Positions 40,533-48,043 of a stretch of DNA of 64,000 nucleotides are shown here, one piece after another. The position numbers were made by a program, and so were the translations under genes. The notes under the pieces are model-generated. The model did not search any database and had not been told where the DNA came from. It saw nothing but the letters and a program-made list of their open reading frames with translations. Every line of letters begins with the position of its first letter. The first letter of the stretch is position 1. Source of the stretch: an uncultured Acidobacteriaceae bacterium (GTDB lineage: Bacteria; Acidobacteriota; Terriglobia; Terriglobales; Acidobacteriaceae); NCBI GenBank assembly GCA_963763905.1, contig CAVXRU010000037.1, forward strand, positions 9,998-73,997. Reading direction: 5' to 3'.

Positions 40533-42590
40533 TTGAGCTTTGAAATTGAGGCGCAATCATCTATGAATTCTTTCCTCCTGGCATTTGCGGTAGGCATTGG
40601 GATTATCGTCTCTTTCGCTGGATGGGGCTGGCTCGTCGTCAGGGTGTTGCGGATTCGCTTTGCAACCGGATTTGGTTCGAAAGCCGTCGTGGGCTTGGCA
40701 CTCACCAGCCCGGTTGGCGGCGTTCTCAATTGGTTTGGTCTAATCTCGCCTGGGATCGTACGGGCTTACGTTTTGGCAGGGATCCTGATTGCGGCTTTTT
40801 CCGCCGCTATAAGTGCGTTGTATTTGCGCGATTCCGTGGTTTCAGCCTGGGCCTATTTCAGGCCACGCAAGCTGATGACGTTCGCGCTCCTGTTGCTGGT
40901 CTCGATAACGATTTCGAAGTTTGCAACGGTCGTATCGCCGGGCAGGTTTCACCTTCAGGACGACTATCACGCGTACTTTGTTTTCCCCGCCAAAATGTTG
41001 CAAACCGGCCAGCTGGGCCAGGATCCGTTCAGTGAACGCCGCATTATCTCCTCTCTGGGTGACAAGTATTTCCTCGATACCTTCGTCATGAGCTTTACCG
41101 GCAGATTTGGAAACATGCACCTGATCGATTCGGGAGTAGGCTACGTGATTCTGCTCTTGCTGCTGGCGGAGATGATGCACCGCAAGGGCATTCCGGGTCA
41201 CTGGGCAATGATGGCGGTGTTCGCTGCCTGTATCTATCCCGCCCCGGTTTCGAACATTACTGCCATCTACCTCGGCGTGGTTGTTCTGGTCATGTTGTTT
41301 GACCTTCTCGATAGAACGGCAGCCCGGCCTGCGCTGAATAGTACAGCGCTGATGGCAATCCTGCTTGCCGGGCTCTGCTCCCTCAAGACCACTTCCGTGC
41401 CGACGGCCGGGATTTTCTTTCTGGGTTTTTTCCTCTATCAACTGTTCCGCTTGCCGGACAAGGGGAAAACGCTTGCACGAGCCGGGTTCTGCCTGACGTT
41501 GATTGTGATTCTATTGTCACCCTGGATGCTGTATTCCTATCGCGCATCGGGCACCTTCTTCTATCCCTTATTCGGCAAAGGCTACCATGGCTCGGTCTAC
41601 GGCATTTACCTGCTGCCCACGTCCCATACGGGGCTTCGCAACTTCCTGGCTTTTCTTGACGGCCTGAGCTACACGATCGGTGCGGTTCTGGCCATACAGG
41701 TTGGTCTGGTCCTCGTGGCCTTCCGGCGAAACGGGGATGACAGGCTGATCGACTTTATCGTGGTCATTAACCTGCTGATCGATTTTGTGATTATCGGCAT
41801 CGCTATCGGCGGAGTGCAGACGTACCGGTACAGTTTTTTCATTCTTTTCGCGATTGCGCTGTTCCTGTTGGTGCAGGAACTGGGTGTTTTTGCGCAGCGT
41901 TCTTCTTCCGGCAAGCCTTTAGGTTTCCCCGACAGCTTTGCCGCCGTCCTCCTGCTGGGCATGTTGTTGGGTACCGGCTACCAGGACTTCCTGCTGGAGC
42001 AGAGAGACTGGCGGCTGGGGGCACTGGAGTTTTCCCTGAGCGGGCGAGATATAGACACTCCCGCAGAGGTTTCCGCCTATCGGGACCTTCAGCTCGCAGT
42101 GCCGCCAGGACAAAAGATTCTGGTTCGAATGGACAAGAATTTTCTGTTTGATTTCCGGCGGAATCCAATCTATGTTAATGACCTGCCCGGTGGGGCTAGC
42201 TTGCCTCCGGGTATACCCATTTTTAAAGGTCCGGAAGCGTTGGCCGATTACCTTGTCCAACATGGAATTCGCTACCTCGCCTACTCGTATGGAGATGAGG
42301 CTACGTTCAGCCGGGCGCTGTTCAGTGATCGCCTGGAGCCTCAAGTGAATATCTGGATTCGCAGGGGAGCACAGATTGCCTTTGACTTCCAGGACAACGC
42401 CTTGGCCCTGGGGAAAAGCCGAAAGAAGCTTTACGACAACGGCAGCATGTTCGTTCTCGACCTGGAAACCCCGGCCGCCGGCAATCCAGCCGTGACCACC
42501 AGTCGTCAGCAGTCCGGCACGGCCGTCATAACGTTCGCGTCCTATTCACCGGATCCCGCTCCGCCCGATGGCGCTCCGGTGGAATGCTGA
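40533..42590 (+). CDS. 685-aa polytopic membrane protein with soluble C-terminal domain; GT-C-like candidate glycosyltransferase/polymerase, family not recognised
   Basis: At least 12 hydrophobic helices. Acidic loop motif GRFHLQDDYHAYFVFPAKM after TM3-4. C-terminal roughly 190 aa are hydrophilic. An alternative start is ATG 40563. Confidence 0.6.
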   Translation: MSFEIEAQSSMNSFLLAFAVGIGIIVSFAGWGWLVVRVLRIRFATGFGSKAVVGLALTSPVGGVLNWFGLISPGIVRAYVLAGILIAAFSAAISALYLRDSVVSAWAYFRPRKLMTFALLLLVSITISKFATVVSPGRFHLQDDYHAYFVFPAKMLQTGQLGQDPFSERRIISSLGDKYFLDTFVMSFTGRFGNMHLIDSGVGYVILLLLLAEMMHRKGIPGHWAMMAVFAACIYPAPVSNITAIYLGVVVLVMLFDLLDRTAARPALNSTALMAILLAGLCSLKTTSVPTAGIFFLGFFLYQLFRLPDKGKTLARAGFCLTLIVILLSPWMLYSYRASGTFFYPLFGKGYHGSVYGIYLLPTSHTGLRNFLAFLDGLSYTIGAVLAIQVGLVLVAFRRNGDDRLIDFIVVINLLIDFVIIGIAIGGVQTYRYSFFILFAIALFLLVQELGVFAQRSSSGKPLGFPDSFAAVLLLGMLLGTGYQDFLLEQRDWRLGALEFSLSGRDIDTPAEVSAYRDLQLAVPPGQKILVRMDKNFLFDFRRNPIYVNDLPGGASLPPGIPIFKGPEALADYLVQHGIRYLAYSYGDEATFSRALFSDRLEPQVNIWIRRGAQIAFDFQDNALALGKSRKKLYDNGSMFVLDLETPAAGNPAVTTSRQQSGTAVITFASYSPDPAPPDGAPVEC

Positions 42591-42938
42591 ATCAGCCGCT
42601 GGAGATTCACGACATCTATATCCAGGGGGCCTATCCTTGCAAGGCGCAAGATGCTTTTAGCGGAGGCGGCATCAAGACCAACGCCAAGGCCGGCGACAGC
42701 GCGCAAGAGGTTCCTGCGTTCAACAGCATGCACGACAACCTTATCGGTTGGAACTGGCTGGCCTCCTGTGCATCGAAGGCTATCGCCGGAATGAGTACTC
42801 CCCGCGTCGCCTGCCGACTACTCGACCAATTCTGTCGTTCCGGCTCGACAGATCACCCTCGACAAGGGGAACAAGGAGTACGATGTCTGAGTTAACAAGA
42901 TGACCACTGCTGGTGTTGCAGTAGGTCCGTCATTTTAA
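42570..42938 (+). pseudogene. relic of the 3-prime end of a third beta-helix paralog (compare 36630-37185), with internal deletion and frameshifts
   Basis: NQPLEIHDIYIQGAYPCKAQDAFSGGGIKTNAKAGDSAQEVPAFNSMHDN versus NQPLEIHDTYIQGAYPYKAAQDAYTGGGIKTDAKAGDNAQEVPAFNSIHDN. The tail TAGVAVGPSF* matches SVGVAVGPSF*. Confidence 0.7.
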
Positions 42939-43039
42939 TCGTCCCCGTTCCTTAGTAGAGTGCCTTACAACCGGCGCGGCTTCTCCTCTCTGGAAAACCC
43001 TGAGATTACCGAGGACGTCAGTCCTGGGTAGGAACCATC

Positions 43040-43062
43040 CAGTCCCGTAGGGACGGCTGAAG
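43040..43062. repeat. REP-like element CAGTCCCGTAGGGACGGCTGAAG
   Basis: Near-identical to CAGTCCCGAAGGGACGGCTGAAC at 52286-52308. The core also occurs inverted at 16443-16455. Confidence 0.55.
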
Positions 43063-43178
43063 ATTACCAGGATTCCTGCCTGGGCGTCCCCTGACTTTAG
43101 AAATGGGGTTCTCACACACCCTCGGGAAGCCCCTCGATAGATTTTGTCAGTACTCGCCTCTCTAAAGGAAATTCTCCC

Positions 43179-43546
43179 TCGCGCATCGCCATCTTCGACT
43201 ACAAAATAACGCGCAATAATCCACTCGGGAGCTGTCATCTGGCCATGCTTCGCGCTCTCGCGAAGGAGCATGACTTTACCGTCTTCGCGGTCGAGTTCGA
43301 AAATCCCTGTTCCCACAAGATACGGTTTGTCCGTGTACCTGCGCCGATGCGCCCTCTGGCCCTGCTTTTTGTGGTTTATCAATTCATCGCGCCCCTCTGT
43401 TATCTGCTCTACCGGCTTCGGGACGGCGCAAAGGCTGATCTCGTTCAAGCGCTCGAGAGCAACCACGTATTCGGCGACCTTCTCTACTCGCACTTTTGCC
43501 ATGGCATGTACCTGAAGCATCATTGCCGCAAGTCCGGCGCAAAAGG
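43179..43546 (+). pseudogene. 5-prime relic (about 122 codons) of a paralog of the GT4 gene 61611-62756
   Basis: RIAIFDYKITRNNPLGSCHLAMLRALAKEHDFTVFAVEFENP...LYSHFCHGMYLKHH..SGAKG tracks MRIVIFDYKISRNNPIGSCHLAMLRALAAEHEFTVFAVEFDNP... The TTG start of the intact copy corresponds to TCG (43179-43181). Homology ends near 43546. Confidence 0.7.
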
Positions 43547-43671
43547 TCACTTCTGCTTCTTTCGCCAAAAAAGGTTGCCCAACATTGTGCGCTTTGCGCG
43601 ATGCCGGGCAACCATAAGGGTTTATATACCTCGTCGTATTGCAGCGGAGACAACCGATAGCCGCGTCAAGG

Positions 43672-44064
43672 CTAGTTAAGCACAGGTACAGTGATTTGCT
43701 GGCCGACCTGGATTTTGTTCGGATCAGAAATGTTGCTTGCCGCGGCGATGTTGGAATAATGATTGGGCGACCCATAGAAGCGGTTGCTGATCTTAGACAG
43801 GTTGTCCCCGCTCTTGACACTGTAGGTTTGATTGGGTCCGCCGGTGGTAGCGATTTCGTGGTGCAAGTCGGCGTATTGAGGGTCGACTTGCTTGATTACA
43901 TCCCACACGCGATTAGCGACCACTTGTGAGGGTACGGAACCCTTCAGGTATAGTTTGTCGCCATCCAGACTTACCGAGTCCACTTTCGCGCCTAAATCGC
44001 CAAAGCCCTCAATCGTCTGGATCACGGGCGAATATTTCTGCTTCAACTGATCAAGATCTGCCAT
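43672..44064 (-). CDS. BON-LysM protein (Kbp/YgaU-like)
   Basis: 130 aa. N-terminal BON-like LDGDKLYLKGSVPSQ. C-terminal LysM YSVKSGDNLSKISNRFYGSPNHYSNIAAASNISDPNKIQVGQQITVP. Confidence 0.8.
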   Translation of the reverse strand: MADLDQLKQKYSPVIQTIEGFGDLGAKVDSVSLDGDKLYLKGSVPSQVVANRVWDVIKQVDPQYADLHHEIATTGGPNQTYSVKSGDNLSKISNRFYGSPNHYSNIAAASNISDPNKIQVGQQITVPVLN

Positions 44065-44126
44065 AGCGTTTTCTCCTTCTTTTCGAGCGTTGATCTATTT
44101 CTCCGACACACAGTCGATGGAAAACC

Positions 44127-44654
44127 CTACGCGGCGTGAGAGTCCGCGATCTTCTTCATGGCAATCGCCAAGGCAGCCGCGCCCAGACTTTTGACAAGCA
44201 CCGGATGCTGGGCATAGATTGCGCTTACGCGATCGATGATAGAAGGGTCTTGATTTTGGGCGTGAGAGGTAAGAGCTTCCACATCCGCAGGGCTGACGCT
44301 GGCTGCCTGCGCGGGCGTAACTGACCCGGATTGCAGCAGCGCCGCCAGCGGCGAGTTGGGAGCGCTGCCGGCAAATTTGGAAATCACGGCCGGTCCAAGG
44401 GCGGCCACGAGACTCTTCAACACGCCCGCCTGCTGCTGATTATTCCCGTTGGCGAAGAGCTGAGCCGCCATTTGCGGAAATGGCGCAGTCTGTCCAGAGC
44501 GAAATGCTTCGGCCAAGCCGCTCGCGAGCGTAGACGAGGGCACCGCCTGGGCTACTTGGTCGAAGTGCTGTTCTACAGCTGGGCTGTCACTTGGAGTTGC
44601 GCTGCTGGCCGAATATTGCTTAAGCAGACTACCGATTCCTGAGAGAAAGCTCAT
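44127..44654 (-). CDS. hypothetical protein (Ala/Ser/Gln-rich, no family recognised)
   Basis: 175-aa ORF, co-oriented 62 nt upstream of the BON-LysM gene. The composition is coding-like and there are no competing ORFs. Confidence 0.5.
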   Translation of the reverse strand: MSFLSGIGSLLKQYSASSATPSDSPAVEQHFDQVAQAVPSSTLASGLAEAFRSGQTAPFPQMAAQLFANGNNQQQAGVLKSLVAALGPAVISKFAGSAPNSPLAALLQSGSVTPAQAASVSPADVEALTSHAQNQDPSIIDRVSAIYAQHPVLVKSLGAAALAIAMKKIADSHAA

Positions 44655-45860
44655 AGGTTCTCTTTCCTTTTACCGTGACGTTCATTTAAGAGCAGAGCCG
44701 GGAATCGTGCAAAACTTCACTCTGGCTTGTTCGCTGGTGGCCTAAGGGTAAAGGGTTTCGACGGGCAGCACGCCCGCGTGCTGGAGCGATTGATATTTGA
44801 ATGAGTGAAACGGCTTCAAAATTTTAGCCGAACGGTTCGATGAATGTCTCACGGAGGCGTTGCCGATGTCTACGGCACGGGGAATAAAAAGTTATTGCCC
44901 ACCGCCAATTTTTTGAGGGTGCACACAAAAGAGCGCGAACCTGGCGACCGATCCAATGGCACACAGTTACCCAGCGTGGGTAACCACTGCTCTGCGCACG
45001 GAACCTGGAACCACGCTAGTGATCGGCGTTCTAAAACACACCACTGGAAAGACGGCCTACTTCCGTCGCCATAGCTCTCTCAGGATGCATAAATGGCTCG
45101 CTCAACTCAAGTTCCTTTTCGCTTTGCCCCGACCACCACCCGGGCCGGGGCTAGTGAGGCACCGGCGGACGAAAGGGCCGGCAAACAGATAGGCTGCACC
45201 TAAACAACCGCGCCACATCTCGACTCTACCCCGCTGTTTCTCTTCCAGTTCTCACACACCCTCTTTAGCCCCCAAAGGCCCTATTGCACGTAAAAGGTAT
45301 TGCATCATGCAAGCATTGACGCTGAGATCTGGATCAAGAGCCCTGCCCTTCGGTCGCGATCGGCTGAATTCTCCGGTCGAGGCCCAGCTGGACTAATATT
45401 TCTCAGTCAAGTGCAGGCCTCCGGTGCAGTTGAAGCTCTGTGTAAAATTTTCCTGGTGCTTGCCACTGGTAACACGTATTGGATTCATTTGCGGCGATTT
45501 CTATTGTTGACACTGCGGACGGGTACGGCTAAATTACGTGGTGTAGGTACTGCAAGACCAGCGACCGACGAGGCTTCAACCCCGAATCTGTCGAACAGCC
45601 GTTACCCCCCTAGTGGCCGGTCTTAAGTCTGGAAAATGACAATTGCCTTAATCACAAGGTTTGGTCACTGTGACTGAGATGGGTGAAGCTTCGAAATGGT
45701 TACCTTGGGCACCGAAATTGAAGTTACCTGAGTTCAGTCTGGTCACCAATCCAGGCGTGTCGCAAGTTGACGCGGGCTTAGATCGCCGATTTTATTGACA
45801 CTTGCCCAAGTCTATAGGACGATTTTAATTGGGTAGATTGTAGTGCAGAGCAGCAAGAAA

Positions 45861-45876
45861 TTTAGTTGCAACTAAA
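45861..45876. promoter_or_regulatory. perfect 16-bp palindrome in the leader of the EPS operon (candidate operator)
   Basis: TTTAGTTGCAACTAAA at 45861-45876 is followed directly by the small hairpin CTGTC-ATA-GACAG (45877-45889) and TTTTT. It lies about 200 nt upstream of the NusG-like gene. Confidence 0.35.
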
Positions 45877-46072
45877 CTGTCATAGACAGTTTTTCCCCGG
45901 CGAAAGCCTGGATTCAGGTCCTGTAACCCAGATGGCGGAAGCTTGTCCGGGTGGGTACAGGTTCAGTCTTAGTTAGACAAAAAAACTAGTTTCGCATCGT
46001 TCCCCCTCGAAGCGAAGTGAGATCCCATCGGGATTTGCAGCAAGCAAGCTCACTCTTGTTACGGAGATACTC

Positions 46073-46624
46073 ATGTATCGCGATCCAGGGTCAAACGAGT
46101 CTAACGAATGGTTTGCCTTCCGCGTCCGGCCGAGACACGAGAAGCAGGTTTCGATTGTTTTGCGGGAGAAGGGGTTTGCTGAGTTTTTGCCCCTTTACAA
46201 GTCCAAACGGCAGTGGGCGGATCGAACGAAAGTCGTCGAGATGCCGCTTTTCCCTGGCTACATTTTTTGCTCCACCCGACGATCATCGATCGTGCGTGTT
46301 TTGATGACGAGCGGTGTGATCGACGTGGTTCGGGCGGGCACCAATCCATTGCCCGCAGACAAAGCGGAAATTGAGGCGCTACAGCAGACCATCAGTGTAG
46401 ATGTGCCGCTTGAAGCGTGGCCGTACACCGAGGTCGGCGAAGCGGGTTCTTTTTCCATTCTGCGTGGTCCCTTGGCAGGCTTGACCGGTATTCTGGTCGA
46501 GGTCCGGCGTTCGCAGCGGTTGATTCTATCGGTCAATCTTCTCCGGCGTTCGGTGCTGGTCGAAGTAGATCCAGAATGGGTGACCCCCTATGCTCCGGAG
46601 GCTGTGGAGCGCAAGATGGCGTAG
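46073..46624 (+). CDS. NusG-paralog transcription antiterminator (UpxY/RfaH-like)
   Basis: 183 aa. NGN domain WFAFRVRPRHEKQVSIVLREKGFAEFLPLY...VEMPLFPGYIF. KOW-like ILRGPLAGLTGILVEV. It is the first gene of the polysaccharide operon. RBS GGAGA. Confidence 0.8.
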   Translation: MYRDPGSNESNEWFAFRVRPRHEKQVSIVLREKGFAEFLPLYKSKRQWADRTKVVEMPLFPGYIFCSTRRSSIVRVLMTSGVIDVVRAGTNPLPADKAEIEALQQTISVDVPLEAWPYTEVGEAGSFSILRGPLAGLTGILVEVRRSQRLILSVNLLRRSVLVEVDPEWVTPYAPEAVERKMA

Positions 46625-46857
46625 TTTTAACCTTGCAGCACTTTCATGTTTTCTGTCTATCCCGTGGTTGGTTCTTCCGTGGTAAGGTACGGCCGGTGTT
46701 TTATAGTGCTGGCTTCGTACACCCTCTTGCCGTGCGTTAACGCCTTCCCCCCGAGTTGTTATAGCGATTCGTGTCCCTAAGACGCTCTTTTCAGAGCACG
46801 TCCCCGCCGGAGGCATTTTTCGGCGGAAATCCTAGCCCACAAATGGTGAGTGAATTT

Positions 46858-47898
46858 ATGCATAAGTCTCCAGTCAAAACGATTCTGTTTTCTCTTTGCT
46901 TCCAGGGCTTGATGCTCGTTCCGGCGATAGCCCAGGTAGCAGCTCCAGATGGTCGTGTGGGTACTCCGCTGGCCGGCCCTGTAGTCTCCGCGGCATCCTA
47001 CGTGCCAACTACGCCATCGGCAGAGCCATCCAATTCGACCAGCTACGTACTCGGGCCGGAAGATCAGATCACTGTTCGTGTATTTGCCGCGGACGATATT
47101 CCCGACAAGCCGATACAGATCGACAATGACGGCACGGTTGCACTGCCCATGATCGGGCAGGTCCATGCTGCTGGCTTGACCGTGGAACAGTTCCAGGCCA
47201 ACCTGGTGACCGCCTACAAGAAGTATTTCAAGGATCCGCAAGTCACTGTGCAGGTGAACGATTTCCGCAGCCAACCGGTTTCCGTGGCGGGTAACGTAAA
47301 TACCCCGGGCGTGGTGCAACTGAAGGGAAATCGCAACTTGATGGAAGTGATCGGGCAGGCCGGCGGTTTGCGCGCCGATGCTGGCGATAGCGTGCTGATC
47401 ACCCGCAACCTGAGCGAAGGACCCATCCCGGTGCCCGGTGCGTTCACCGATCCTTCAGGCAAGTTTTCGGTCGCTCACATCGACATACGCGCAGTGATGA
47501 GTGGCAAGGATCCACAGGGCAACATCCTGATCAAGCCGCACGACGTCGTTACCGTGCCCCGGGCGCGCATGATCTACGTGCTGGGCAACGTCGGCAGGCC
47601 GGGCGGTTATGTCCTGACCGATAACGAGACCATGTCGATTACCCAGGCAATTGCCTTGGCCGGGGGATGGGACAAAACCGCAGCCCTTAGCGCGGCAAGA
47701 GTTCTGCGCGCCGATGGCGGCGCCCAGCGGGAACAGATCCCCGCAAATCTGAAAAAGATCATGGAAAACAAATCGCCTGACTTGCAGATGCGCCCCGACG
47801 ACATCCTTTATGTTCCCAACAGTTTGGGGAAACAAGTAAGCGCCCGTGGGCTTGAAGCAGCCATTGGAGTCGGGACTGGCATTCTCATCTGGAAATAG
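46858..47898 (+). CDS. wza: polysaccharide export outer-membrane protein (Wza family)
   Basis: Start at ATG 46858 (signal peptide MHKSPVKTILFSLCFQGLMLVPAIAQ). Poly_export region IDNDGTVALPMIGQVHAAGLTVEQFQANLVTAYKKYFKDPQVTV, followed by SLBB-like repeats. Confidence 0.88.
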   Translation: MHKSPVKTILFSLCFQGLMLVPAIAQVAAPDGRVGTPLAGPVVSAASYVPTTPSAEPSNSTSYVLGPEDQITVRVFAADDIPDKPIQIDNDGTVALPMIGQVHAAGLTVEQFQANLVTAYKKYFKDPQVTVQVNDFRSQPVSVAGNVNTPGVVQLKGNRNLMEVIGQAGGLRADAGDSVLITRNLSEGPIPVPGAFTDPSGKFSVAHIDIRAVMSGKDPQGNILIKPHDVVTVPRARMIYVLGNVGRPGGYVLTDNETMSITQAIALAGGWDKTAALSAARVLRADGGAQREQIPANLKKIMENKSPDLQMRPDDILYVPNSLGKQVSARGLEAAIGVGTGILIWK

Positions 47899-48043
47899 AG
47901 CATTTTTGCTTCAGCTCAAATTCTTGGGACTGGCCCCATGCGGGACCCCCGAATCAAGGGGGGCCGTACTTTGTCAAAGCGAACTACACCGTGAATGAGA
48001 TCGGTTCCATCGAACGCGATCAAATCCGAAAGGACTATAAAAG

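Noticed and set aside
42930-43820. 296-aa minus-strand ORF
   Set aside because: It spans a REP element, the antisense of the GT4 relic and part of the LysM gene region. It has no start context and a patchwork composition.
45795-45830. Candidate sigma-70 promoter (TTGACA at 45795-45800)
   Set aside because: No acceptable -10 hexamer lies at 16-19 nt spacing: TATAGG is 12 nt away and TTTAAT is 23 nt away. I therefore did not call it.
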